64,000 bases of DNA, taken from assembly GCA_963727055.1 (NCBI GenBank), contig CAVSEN010000003.1, positions 85,810 to 149,809 on the forward strand, given 5' to 3'. This stretch comes from an uncultured Chloroflexia bacterium (GTDB lineage: Bacteria; Chloroflexota; Limnocylindria; Limnocylindrales; CSP1-4). Of this stretch, positions 55,182-64,000 are shown one piece after another. Each line of letters starts with the position of its first letter. The stretch's first letter is position 1. Position numbers and translations under genes: made by a program. A model generated the notes under the pieces. That model was given only the letters and a program-made list of their open reading frames with translations, was not told the origin of the DNA and searched no databases.

Positions 55182-56750
55182 ATGAGCCTGATCACGACCG
55201 ACCTGTTGCTCGAGGCGACGGGCATCAAGAAGACGTACGGCGCCGTCGTGGCGCTCAGGAACGCCTCCCTGGCTGTGCGCCCGGGCGAGGTCCACGCCCT
55301 GATGGGCGCCAACGGCGCCGGCAAGAGCACCCTCGTCAAGATCCTGACCGGCGCGGTCATGCCCGACGCCGGCACGATCACCGTTCGCGGCCGGCCGCGA
55401 ACCGCCCACTCGCCGGCCGAGGCCCGCCGGGGCGGCCTGGTCTCCGTCTACCAGGAGCCGGCTCTCATCCCCGACCTCGACATCCGCTCGAACCTGCGCC
55501 TGACCCGGACGCCGGTTGAGCCGTTCCGCCACTGGCTGAAGGAGCTCGGCCTCGAGGGACTCGACCTGTCGAGCCTGGCGCGGCGCGTGCCGCTTGCCTC
55601 GCTCCGGATCATCGACCTCGCCCGGGCGCTGGCGATCGAGCCCGACGTGCTGATGCTCGACGAGATGACCGCGGCGTTGCCCGCCAACCTGACCGAGCGT
55701 GTCCTCGACGTGATCGGCCGCCAGCGGGGTGGTGAGCGTTGCGTCATCTTCATCTCCCACCGCCTGATCGAGATCGCTGCGGTGTGCGACCGGGCGACCG
55801 TCCTGCGAGAGGGCGAGACGGTCGGCGTCGTCGACGTCAGCGCCGGGTCCGAGGAGCGGATCGTCGAGCTGATGCTCGGCCAGGTCGTCGCGGACCTGCC
55901 CGCCGTTGCCACCCGGGCCGCGGCCCAGGCCCGAATCGCCGGAGTCCAGCCCCGCCTCGCGGCCCGTGGCCTGGGCGCCGGCCCGAAGCTGGCCGACGTG
56001 TCGTTCGACCTCTACCCGGGCGAGGTCCTGGGGGTCGTCGCCCTCGAGGGCCAGGGCCAGGACGAGCTGTTCGACGTCCTGGCCGGGTCCGAGCGCCCGT
56101 CGGCCGGCCAGCTCCTCGTGGACGGCACGCCGACCACCTTCCACCACCCCGCCGACGCGATCCGGGCCGGCCTGGTGTACGTCGCCGCCGATCGCGCCGA
56201 GGCGCTCCTGATGCAGCGCTCGGTCCGCGAGAACATCGCCCTGCCCGGCTCGACCCGGCTCCGGCGGTGGGGCCTGATCGACCTGGCCAAGGAGCGGCGG
56301 ACGGTCGACGGCGCCGTCGAGAAGCTGCAGATCGATGCCCGGGCCGGCGGCGAGGTGCGCCGCCTGTCGGGCGGCAACCAGCAGAAGGTGACGATCGCCC
56401 GCTGGGTCGCCGGCGGGGTCCACACGATGCTCTGCTTCGATCCCACCCGGGGGATCGACATCCGCACGAAGAACCAGATCTATGTCCTGCTCCGTGATCT
56501 GGCCGAGGCCGGCGCGGCCGTCCTGCTGTACACCTCCGAGCTGAAGGAGGTCCAGCTCGTGTGTGATCGGGCGATCGTGATCTTCGGCGGCCGGGTGGTG
56601 GCCGAGATCCAGGCCGCCGACGCCGACGAGCCGGCCCTGCTGCGCGCCGCCTACAACCTCCGAGCCGACGCCGTGATTCCCGAGCAGGCGGCCGCCGACG
56701 CCAATGCCGACGCCATTGCCGAGTCCGCCGGCCAGGAGGCCGCCCGATGA
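55182..56750 (+). CDS. Sugar ABC transporter ATP-binding protein with two NBDs (RbsA/MglA type)
   Basis: Two Walker A / signature sets (GANGAGKST; LSGGNQQKV). Confidence 0.9.
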   Translation: MSLITTDLLLEATGIKKTYGAVVALRNASLAVRPGEVHALMGANGAGKSTLVKILTGAVMPDAGTITVRGRPRTAHSPAEARRGGLVSVYQEPALIPDLDIRSNLRLTRTPVEPFRHWLKELGLEGLDLSSLARRVPLASLRIIDLARALAIEPDVLMLDEMTAALPANLTERVLDVIGRQRGGERCVIFISHRLIEIAAVCDRATVLREGETVGVVDVSAGSEERIVELMLGQVVADLPAVATRAAAQARIAGVQPRLAARGLGAGPKLADVSFDLYPGEVLGVVALEGQGQDELFDVLAGSERPSAGQLLVDGTPTTFHHPADAIRAGLVYVAADRAEALLMQRSVRENIALPGSTRLRRWGLIDLAKERRTVDGAVEKLQIDARAGGEVRRLSGGNQQKVTIARWVAGGVHTMLCFDPTRGIDIRTKNQIYVLLRDLAEAGAAVLLYTSELKEVQLVCDRAIVIFGGRVVAEIQAADADEPALLRAAYNLRADAVIPEQAAADANADAIAESAGQEAAR

Positions 56751-57748
56751 CAGCCGCGGCAGTCCCGCCCCAGGCTCGCAGCCGAACCCTGGTGCTGTTC
56801 GGGTCGTCGGCCCGGCGCAACGGCTGGGTGCTCGGCCTGGTGAGCTTCCTCGTCCTCCTCCTGGTCTTCACCAAGCTGATCCAGCCGAGCTACGGCGTGA
56901 CCGGTGTGCAGGGCCTCGGGATCTCCGTCCTGCCCCTCGCCCTGGCCGCCGTCGCCCAGGCCGTCGTCGTCATCTCGGGCGGGATCGACCTGTCGATCGG
57001 GGCGATGATGGCCCTCACCAACGTCGTCTCGGCCAGCCTGATGAAGGGCCAGTCGGAGCAGTTCGACGTCCTCGTCGTGATCGCGGTCCTCGGCCTCGGC
57101 CTCCTCCTCGGAGCGATCAATGGCGGGGTCGTCGTGATCACCCGCGTCCCGGACATCGTCGTGACCCTGGCCATGTCGTTCGTGTGGGCCGGCTTCGCCC
57201 TGCTCGTCCTGCCCACCCCCGGTGGCAGCTCGGCCCAGTGGCTGATGGACCTCGCCAGCGGGTCATTCCTGAACGAGTGGATCCCCAAGGCCGCGGTCGT
57301 CCTGATCGTCGTGGTGGCCGTCATCTGGATCCCGGTCCGCCGCTCGCGGCTCGGCCTCTCGATCTACGCCACCGGCAGCCATCCGCTGGCCGCGTTCCGG
57401 AGCGGCGTCTCGATCGGCCGGACGAAGGTCCTGGCCTACGCCCTGATGGGCCTGTTCGCGGCGCTGGCCGGCCTGTCGCTGACCGCCAGCACCGGCATCG
57501 GGACGCCCGTCCCCGGCCCGTACACCCTCCTGAGCGTGGCCGCGGTCGTCCTCGGCGGGGTCAGCCTGGCCGGCGGCAAGGGCGGTGTCTTCGGCTCGAT
57601 CGTGGCGGTCGTGATCCTGCAGCTGATCCGGACCGACATGACCTTCCTCAACGTGAACACGAACCTGGCCACCGTCGTCCAGGGGCTCATCCTGATCGGA
57701 GTCGTGATGATCGGCAGCCTGGTCCAGATCCGGCGGGCACGGGCATGA
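56747..57748 (+). CDS. ABC transporter permease (RbsC-like)
   Basis: Membrane protein. Its start overlaps the upstream stop. Confidence 0.9.
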   Translation: MTAAAVPPQARSRTLVLFGSSARRNGWVLGLVSFLVLLLVFTKLIQPSYGVTGVQGLGISVLPLALAAVAQAVVVISGGIDLSIGAMMALTNVVSASLMKGQSEQFDVLVVIAVLGLGLLLGAINGGVVVITRVPDIVVTLAMSFVWAGFALLVLPTPGGSSAQWLMDLASGSFLNEWIPKAAVVLIVVVAVIWIPVRRSRLGLSIYATGSHPLAAFRSGVSIGRTKVLAYALMGLFAALAGLSLTASTGIGTPVPGPYTLLSVAAVVLGGVSLAGGKGGVFGSIVAVVILQLIRTDMTFLNVNTNLATVVQGLILIGVVMIGSLVQIRRARA

Positions 57749-58743
57749 GCGGCGCCGCCGGCGTGTCGGGCACGCGCCGCTCGCAGCTGGGCACGGCAGC
57801 GATCGGGCGCCTGTTCCGCGACCGGCCGATCCTGCCCCTGCTCGTCCTGCTGGCCGTGCTCGTCGGCCTGAGCGAGCTTGCCCGGCCGGGCATCGTCAGC
57901 CCCGAATGGATCGGGGTGATCATCCGGGCGGCCGTGCCCCTGGCCATCCTCGCCGGCTGCCAGGTCCTGACGATGCTGACCGGTGGGATCGACCTGTCGG
58001 TGGGGGCCGTTGCGTCGATGTCCGGCTTCGTCGTGGCCACCCTGGTGATGGGCCCCGGGACGCCGGCCGGGATCGTCATCGCCCTCCTCGTGGCGGCGCT
58101 GGCCGGCCTGGTCACCGGCGTCGGCGTCGGCGTCTTCCGGGTCCATCCCCTGATCATGACCCTGGGCATGAGCCTGGTCGTCCTCGGCCTGGCCAACGTC
58201 TGGCAGCTGGTCATGGTCAAGACCAACTCCGGGGTGCCGCCCGAGCTGCGCTGGATCGGCTCCGAGGAGGTCTTCGGGATCCTGCCGGTCAGCCTCCTGC
58301 TGTTCGTCCCGCTGACGGTGGCGATTCTGGTCGGCCTCCGGCGGAGCGGCTTCGGCCGGCTGCTCTACGCGATCGGCGACAACCCGGTGGCCGCCCGCCT
58401 GTCGGGCGCCCGGTCGTGGCAGGTCCTCGTCGTGCTGTACGTCATCTCGGCCCTGATGGCGGCGATCGCCGGCTTCCTGGTCACCGGTCAGACGAACGTG
58501 GCCAGCGTCTCCCTCGTCGACTCGTCGGTCCTGCCCTCGGTCGCCGCGGCGGTGATCGGCGGGACGTCGATCATGGGCGGCCGGGGCGGCTTCGGCGGAG
58601 CGATCGTGGGGGCCCTGATCCTGACCGTCATCAGCTCGCTCCTCTCGTCGCTCGGCTATCCCGAGGCCGTCCGCCAGATCCTGTTCGGGGCGATCATCGT
58701 GGCCGTTGCCGCCGCCTACACCCGGGTCACGGCCGAGTCGTGA
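57745..58743 (+). CDS. ABC transporter permease (RbsC-like, second)
   Basis: The MSGAAG start overlaps the upstream stop (ATGA). Confidence 0.9.
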   Translation: MSGAAGVSGTRRSQLGTAAIGRLFRDRPILPLLVLLAVLVGLSELARPGIVSPEWIGVIIRAAVPLAILAGCQVLTMLTGGIDLSVGAVASMSGFVVATLVMGPGTPAGIVIALLVAALAGLVTGVGVGVFRVHPLIMTLGMSLVVLGLANVWQLVMVKTNSGVPPELRWIGSEEVFGILPVSLLLFVPLTVAILVGLRRSGFGRLLYAIGDNPVAARLSGARSWQVLVVLYVISALMAAIAGFLVTGQTNVASVSLVDSSVLPSVAAAVIGGTSIMGGRGGFGGAIVGALILTVISSLLSSLGYPEAVRQILFGAIIVAVAAAYTRVTAES

Positions 58744-58767
58744 GCGACTCCGGCCCGCGGACCTGAC

Positions 58768-59703
58768 GTGACGACCCAGGCGGCTGCCAGTCGACACCTG
58801 GGTCTCGACCTCGGCGGCACGAACCTGAAGTGGGCGGTGGTCGCCCGCGACGGCGAGGCGTGGGCCAGCCTGGCGACCGGCCAGGTCGCCACCCGGATCG
58901 GGCCGGATCCGGCGACTGTGCCGGGCGCCATCGTGACCCAGCTGGCCGAGGTCGCGGTCGCGGCCTGCGCCGAGTGGGGGCCGGTCGAGAGCATCGGGAT
59001 CGGCGTACCCGGGCTCTACGACCCGGTCGCCGGCACGACCCGCTTCCTGGTCAACATTCCCGGACCATGGGCCGGCCATCCGGTCGCCGGTCCGGTGGGT
59101 GCCGCCGCCCGGCTGCCCGCCTTCCTGATCAACGACGCCCGGGCCTTCGGCCTGGCCGAGCTGCGCCTGGGGGCCGGCCGGGGCGCGACGTCGATGGTCG
59201 GGCTGACCCTCGGCACCGGGATCGGCGGCGTGCTGGTGATCGATGGCCGGGTCCATGCCGGTCACGACGGCACCGCCGGCGAGATCGGCCACCAGACGAT
59301 CGATCCTGACGGCCCGTGGTGCAACTGCGGCAATCGGGGCTGCCTCGAGGCATTCGCCCGGGCCGACCAGATCGCGGCGGCCTGCGGCACGGCAAGCGCC
59401 GAGGATGCCGTCCGGGCGGTCGAGGCCGGCGACGAGCGTGCCCGGGCCGGCCTGGCCGAGATCGGCCGCTACCTCGGGATCGGGATCGCCAACATGATCA
59501 CCGTCGTGGCACCCGACCGGGTGGTCGTCGGCGGCGGCGTGGCGGCGGCCGGGGAGGTCCTCTTCGCGCCGATCCGGGCCGAGATCGCCCGCCGGGTGCG
59601 GACGACCTCGATCGAGGACGTGGCCCTGGTGCGGGCCGAACTGGGGACGTGGGCCGGCGCGATCGGCGCCGCGGTCCACGGTGCAGAGCAGGCCGGCCGA
59701 TGA
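58768..59703 (+). CDS. ROK-family sugar kinase
   Basis: ROK signature with a Zn Cys motif ([21 protein letters not shown]). No N-terminal HTH, so it is a kinase rather than a repressor. Confidence 0.85.
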   Translation: MTTQAAASRHLGLDLGGTNLKWAVVARDGEAWASLATGQVATRIGPDPATVPGAIVTQLAEVAVAACAEWGPVESIGIGVPGLYDPVAGTTRFLVNIPGPWAGHPVAGPVGAAARLPAFLINDARAFGLAELRLGAGRGATSMVGLTLGTGIGGVLVIDGRVHAGHDGTAGEIGHQTIDPDGPWCNCGNRGCLEAFARADQIAAACGTASAEDAVRAVEAGDERARAGLAEIGRYLGIGIANMITVVAPDRVVVGGGVAAAGEVLFAPIRAEIARRVRTTSIEDVALVRAELGTWAGAIGAAVHGAEQAGR

Positions 59704-60437
59704 TGCCCCGGGCCTCGTGGACGCCCCACTACCGCTCGATCGAGCTTGCCCTGCGCGCTCGCCTGGCAACGATGCGGCCGGGCGACCGGCTGCCGTCGGA
59801 CAGTGACCTGTGCCGCGAATTCGGGGTCAGCCGGATGACGGCCCGCAACGCGATGCAGCGCCTGGCCGAGGACGGCCTCGTGCGGCGGATTCCCGGCCGC
59901 GGCTCATTCGTCGTCGAGCCACCGGCCCATCGCTACGCCGACCGGCTGATGGCCTTCACCCAGGAGATGCGCCGCCAGGGCCGAACGCCGAGCTCCAGGC
60001 TCCTGAACCGGGAGGTCCGCCCGGCAACCGAGGCCGAGGCCAAGGCGCTCGAGCTGCAGCCCGATGAGGCGGTCGTCGTCGTCCGCCGGGTGCGCTTCGT
60101 CGACGACCGGGCGATGGCCGCCGAGACGGCGGTCCTCGTCCGGCGGGTCCAGGCGATCGTGATGGCCGCCGACCTCGAGTCGGGCTCCCTGCACGAGGCG
60201 CTCGCCCGGGCCGACCTCCACCTCCGACGCGGGCAGGGCACGATCTCCGCCGAGCCGGCCACGGCCGAGGACGCCGAGCTGCTGGGGGTAGCGGTGGGGG
60301 ACGCGCTGCTCGTCGAGCGGCGGGTCATCGTCGCCGCCGACGGGCGACCGGTCGAGGCAACCGAATCGCGCTATCCCGGCGACCGCTACGCCCTCGACGT
60401 CCGGTTCGAGGTGGACGAGGGGTGGGCGACCCGATGA
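59700..60437 (+). CDS. GntR-family transcriptional regulator, HutC/UTRA subfamily (NagR/DasR-like)
   Basis: N-terminal [34 protein letters not shown] plus a UTRA domain. It is encoded inside the operon it probably controls. Confidence 0.85.
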   Translation: MMPRASWTPHYRSIELALRARLATMRPGDRLPSDSDLCREFGVSRMTARNAMQRLAEDGLVRRIPGRGSFVVEPPAHRYADRLMAFTQEMRRQGRTPSSRLLNREVRPATEAEAKALELQPDEAVVVVRRVRFVDDRAMAAETAVLVRRVQAIVMAADLESGSLHEALARADLHLRRGQGTISAEPATAEDAELLGVAVGDALLVERRVIVAADGRPVEATESRYPGDRYALDVRFEVDEGWATR

Positions 60438-61549
60438 CCGCGGTGGGCGGCCGGCTCGTCCTCGACGACACGATCATCGCCGGCCGGCTCGTGCTGGAGG
60501 ATGGCCGGATCGCGGCGATCGAGCCCGATGAGCGGGAGGCGGACGGGCCGTACCTGGCGCCCGGGTTCGTCGACCTCCACGTTCACGGCTGGGGCGGCCA
60601 CGACGCGATGGGCTCCCGGGCGGATCTCGACGGGATGGCCCGGGCGCTCCTGCGCCGCGGCGTGACCGGATTCCTGCCGACCGCCGTGACCGCCGGCCTG
60701 GACACCCTGGCGGCCTTCGCCGAGCGGGTCCGCGGCTGGCTGCCCGACGCCCCGCCGGACGGGTCCGACCCGCTCGGGTTCAACCTCGAGGGCCCGTTCC
60801 TCTCGCCCAGCCGGAAGGGCGCCCAGAACCCGGCGTTCATCGCCGTCCCGGCCGCCGTTGGCCACGACGTCCTCCGTCCGCTCCTGCCCGGCCTGAAGGT
60901 GATGACCGTCGCGCCCGAGGTCGAGGGCGGCCTCGACCTGATCCGCTGGCTCGTCGCCAACCAGGTCGTCGTGTCCCTCGGCCACTCCGCCGCCGGCCTC
61001 GAGCAGGCCCGGGCCGGCTACGCCGCCGGCGCGAGCTCGACGACCCACCTGTTCAATGCGATGTCGGGGATCGACCACCACGCACCGGGCCTGGCGGTCG
61101 CCGCCCTGGCCGACGACGCGGTCACGGTCGAGCTGATCGCCGATGGCCACCACGTCCATCCGGCCCTGTGGCCGATCATCGAACGCACGAAGCCGGCCGG
61201 CCGGCTGATCCTGGTCAGCGACGCGCTGCCCCAGGCCGGCCTGGGCGACGGGCGGATGGTGATGGGCGGTCTCGAGGTCGAGGTCCGCGCCGGCAGCGCC
61301 CGGCTGGCGGGCAGCGACACCCTGGCCGGCAGCGTCATCGCCCTCGACAGCGCCGTGCGCAACCTCGTGGCGGCCGGCCTGGCGCTGCCCGCGGCGGTCG
61401 CTGCCGCCAGCCGCAACCCGCTTGGCCTGCTCGGAGTCACGGATCGGGGCCGGCTGGCCGTCGGCCAGCGGGCCGACCTGGTCGAGCTCGACGATGCCCT
61501 GGAGGTGGTCCGGGTGGCGCGCGCCGGGGCCTGGATCAGCGCCGGCTGA
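60422..61549 (+). CDS. nagA: N-acetylglucosamine-6-phosphate deacetylase
   Basis: Amidohydrolase motifs [11 protein letters not shown] and HLFNAM. Confidence 0.85.
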   Translation: MGDPMTAVGGRLVLDDTIIAGRLVLEDGRIAAIEPDEREADGPYLAPGFVDLHVHGWGGHDAMGSRADLDGMARALLRRGVTGFLPTAVTAGLDTLAAFAERVRGWLPDAPPDGSDPLGFNLEGPFLSPSRKGAQNPAFIAVPAAVGHDVLRPLLPGLKVMTVAPEVEGGLDLIRWLVANQVVVSLGHSAAGLEQARAGYAAGASSTTHLFNAMSGIDHHAPGLAVAALADDAVTVELIADGHHVHPALWPIIERTKPAGRLILVSDALPQAGLGDGRMVMGGLEVEVRAGSARLAGSDTLAGSVIALDSAVRNLVAAGLALPAAVAAASRNPLGLLGVTDRGRLAVGQRADLVELDDALEVVRVARAGAWISAG

Positions 61550-61555
61550 CGAGGC

Positions 61556-62461
61556 TCAGTAACCGACCGACGGCAGCCAGGCGCCGCGCGGCTGCTGGTA
61601 GATCCCGACGCTCATCAGGTTCGTGACGAAGAAGACCCGCAGGCCGCGGGCGAGGCCCCAGCGGAACAGATCGGCATTGTCGAGTGGCACCAGGATGCCC
61701 GGCGGCGGGATCGCGCCGGCCGTGCAGATCAGGGCCTCGAGGTCGGCATTCGCCTCGGCGACGGAATGGCTCCAGTAGCAGATCCCGCAGGTGTAGCCGG
61801 TGATCCGGCCGAGGTGCTCGACGACCCGCGCCGTGCCGGCGGCGATCGCCTCGCGCAGCTCGCCCGACCGGTCGTGGCCGTGGACCCGGACGCAGAGCCG
61901 GTTGCACTCGCCCTCGTCGTCGGGGTAGGCCCGCCGGACGCGGTAGCCGGGCAGCGCCTCCCCAAGCGGATCGCCATGCAGCGCGGCGAGCGTGGCCCGC
62001 ACGTCGAAGCCGAGCTTGGCATACAGGCTGAGCGAGCGGTTGTGGTAGGCAATCTGGACCAGGCGCACGCCCGGGGCGCCCCGCTCGGCGACGCGGTCGA
62101 GCATCGCGCCGACCAGCACCCGGCCGACACCGGCGTCCTGGACCGCCGGGTCGACGCTGACCGGTCCGATCGCCGAGATCGACGAGCGCTCGTCGAGGAA
62201 GCTGCTGCCGGCGATCCGGCCATCGCGCTCGGCGACGACTCCGTACACGCCGGGGTGGTTGATCAGGCCGCGGATCGGGCCGGCCGCGGCCTCGACCGTC
62301 GGGAAGTCGGGCGGGAAGCCGTGCCGCCGGGCGACCGCGGCGAACGCCTCGAAGCAGATCCGTCCGCACTCCGCCCAGTCGGGGTCGGCGGCCCGGCGCA
62401 CGTTGATCGGCCGGCCGTCGGGCGGGGCCAGCAGGAGCGGCGCTGGGGCCTGGACAGCCAT
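61556..62461 (-). CDS. GNAT-family N-acetyltransferase (two-domain)
   Basis: Acetyl-CoA-binding motif QDAGVGRVLVGAM. Confidence 0.7.
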   Translation of the reverse strand: MAVQAPAPLLLAPPDGRPINVRRAADPDWAECGRICFEAFAAVARRHGFPPDFPTVEAAAGPIRGLINHPGVYGVVAERDGRIAGSSFLDERSSISAIGPVSVDPAVQDAGVGRVLVGAMLDRVAERGAPGVRLVQIAYHNRSLSLYAKLGFDVRATLAALHGDPLGEALPGYRVRRAYPDDEGECNRLCVRVHGHDRSGELREAIAAGTARVVEHLGRITGYTCGICYWSHSVAEANADLEALICTAGAIPPPGILVPLDNADLFRWGLARGLRVFFVTNLMSVGIYQQPRGAWLPSVGY

Positions 62462-62609
62462 CTGGATGCTCCGCGGAAGGTCGTCGAACCAGCGGTCCGG
62501 ACGGTCCGCCGATCATCCGATCGTAGCCACGCGCGGAGCGCCCCCAACAGGGCCAAACGGCCCGCTATCGTTCGTCCAGCAGACCGAGCCAGGAGGAGAA
62601 GGGACCGCG

Positions 62610-63398
62610 ATGAAGCCGCCCACCGTGTTCCTCGGCGAGATGACCACGCTCGAGGTCGAGGCCTTCCTCGAACACCACCTGACGGTGATCGTGCCGGTCG
62701 GCTCGACCGAGCAGCACGGCCCGCATGCCCCGCTCCTGACCGACGTCCTGATTCCCCAGGAGGTGGCCCGGCGCGTCGCGCCGCGCGTGGGCGGCGTGGT
62801 GGCGCCGCCGGTCAACTACGCCCTGTCCTACCCCCACGTGGGATTCACCGGCGTGGTCCAAGTCCGGATTCCGACGTTCATGGCGCTGATCGAGGACCTG
62901 TGCGCGTCGCTGGCCGCGGTGGGCTTCCGGCGGATCGTCTTCCTCAATGGCCACTACGACAACACGTACGCGATCGCCTATGCCTGCGCCAACGCCGCGG
63001 ACCGCCTGCCGGCCGGCGTCCACGCCTTCCCGATCAACTACTGGGACGGCATGACGCCGGCCGAGGCGGCCGAGTTCTTCGACCCGGCGACCGGCCTGCA
63101 CGCCAACCGGGGCGAGACCTCGGCCGTCCTGGCGATCGCCCCCGACCTGGTCGACATGGACCGGGCGAACGTCGAGTTCCCGCCCTTCCCCGAGGTCACC
63201 GGCGGCGCGGCGGTCCACACCGCGTTCTTCTTCTCGGCGCCCGGCTCCGTCCACCGGGCAACCCGGTCGGGCACCTGGGGCGATGCCCGGAACGCGAGCG
63301 CCGAGTTCGGCGAGCGCTACCTGGCGGTCGTGGCCGAGTCGACGGTCCGCCTCCTCGAGGACATCGACCGGACGTTCGCGGCGATGCCCGGGCGCTGA
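62610..63398 (+). CDS. Creatininase-family amidohydrolase
   Basis: VPVGSTEQHGPHAPLLTD is the creatinine amidohydrolase family signature. The start is MKPPTV, preceded by an AGGAGGAG RBS. Confidence 0.85.
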   Translation: MKPPTVFLGEMTTLEVEAFLEHHLTVIVPVGSTEQHGPHAPLLTDVLIPQEVARRVAPRVGGVVAPPVNYALSYPHVGFTGVVQVRIPTFMALIEDLCASLAAVGFRRIVFLNGHYDNTYAIAYACANAADRLPAGVHAFPINYWDGMTPAEAAEFFDPATGLHANRGETSAVLAIAPDLVDMDRANVEFPPFPEVTGGAAVHTAFFFSAPGSVHRATRSGTWGDARNASAEFGERYLAVVAESTVRLLEDIDRTFAAMPGR

Positions 63399-63467
63399 GC
63401 CCCCGATCGGGGGCGGAGGACTAGAATCGGACCCGCGGTCTGGGGGCCGCTCCCTGAGGACGCGCAC

Positions 63468-64000
63468 GATGGACCTGGCCGCCACGCTCTCCGCGCACGG
63501 GATCCTGCCCGTGGTCACCGTGGCGACGGCCGACCGGGCCGTCCCCCTGGCGGAGGCCCTCGTTGCCGGCGGCCTGCCGCTGGTCGAGATCACGTTCCGG
63601 TCCGAGGCGGCCGTCGGGGCGATCCGGGCGATCCGGCAGGGCGTGCCCGGGATGCTGGTCGGTGCCGGGACCGTGCTGACCGTGGCCCAGGCGGATGCGG
63701 CGATCGAGGCCGGCGCCGCGTTCCTGGTCAGCCCGGGGCTCGACCTCGCGATCGTCGACCGGGCGCTTGCCCGGGGCGTCGCCGTCCTGCCCGGCATTGC
63801 CACCCCGACCGAGCTCCAGGCGGCGCTCGGCCGGGACCTGCGCCTGGTCAAGGTCTTCCCGGCGGCCGCGCTCGGTGGCCCGGCCTACCTGCGCGCCCTG
63901 GAGGCGCCCTACCCGATGGTCCGCTTCGTGCCGACCGGCGGGGTCAGCCCGGCGAACCTGGCCGACTACCTCGAGCTGGGCTCGGTGGCCGCGGTCGGCG
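63468..64000 (+). CDS. eda: KDPG/KHG aldolase (partial; the 3' end lies outside the window)
   Basis: GLPLVEITFRS...VGAGTVLT...FLVSPG...VLPGIATPTE...LVKVFPA...RFVPTGGV is the canonical Eda pattern. Confidence 0.8.

Overview
This is a very GC-rich (about 70%+ by eye) bacterial chromosomal window. It is almost entirely coding, with strong GGAGG ribosome-binding sites and many ATGA/GTGA stop-start overlaps. Together with F420-dependent (LLM family), P450 and PFOR genes this suggests an Actinomycetota-like genome, though no taxon can be proven from the sequence alone. No rRNA, tRNA, CRISPR array, transposase, integrase or phage gene was found, so this looks like a carbohydrate/cyclitol catabolic 'accessory metabolism' region.

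Gene content, left to right:
1. (+ strand) A DhnA-type aldolase (5' partial), rpe, and a small membrane ORF.
2. (- strand) A CUT1 sugar ABC transporter operon (SBP, two permeases, ATPase) ending in a frameshifted DUF4038/GH5-like glycoside hydrolase. It is divergent from a tandem-VOC + SDR pair and a YhfZ-like GntR regulator.
3. (- strand) A DUF4432 aldose-epimerase-like gene.
4. (- strand) A pyruvate:ferredoxin oxidoreductase (PFOR) gene plus a DHOD-like gene, both broken by many frameshifts.
5. (- strand) A PotABCD-type ABC transporter, an F420-dependent LLM oxidoreductase, a Zn-ADH and a TIM-barrel isomerase. This operon is divergent from paralog A of an uncharacterized ~860-aa metal-hydrolase-like protein, which is followed by a LacI regulator.
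6. A 590-bp repeat- and palindrome-rich non-coding region.
7. (- strand) An inositol-type catabolic operon: iolD, a DegT aminotransferase, iolC, iolB, a class I aldolase, a DMT transporter and an IolE-like TIM barrel. It is divergent from paralog B of the ~860-aa protein, which is heavily frameshifted, followed by a TIM-barrel gene.
8. A frameshifted TIM-barrel gene, a P450, a GyrI-like protein, a 714-aa unknown protein and an AraC regulator.
9. An old-yellow-enzyme/FAD oxidoreductase.
10. (+ strand) A 12-gene predicted amino-sugar/deoxy-sugar operon: two Gfo/Idh/MocA genes, a TIM barrel, DeoC, an SIS protein, an rbs-like ABC transporter, a ROK kinase, a GntR/HutC regulator and NagA.
11. A GNAT acetyltransferase, a creatininase-family protein, and eda (3' partial).

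The most notable observations are:
- A recurrent LacI-type operator motif (GCAACCGATTGC-like) at four promoters, which defines a candidate regulon.
- Two diverged paralogs of an uncharacterized large hydrolase-like protein, each wired to a catabolic operon.
- A strikingly non-uniform clustering of at least 24 frameshifts in seven genes (≥12 in PFOR alone), while about 45 kb of neighbouring genes are intact.
- An aminotransferase embedded in an iol operon, suggesting aminocyclitol catabolism.
- Palindromic operator pairs and a repeat-rich non-coding region.
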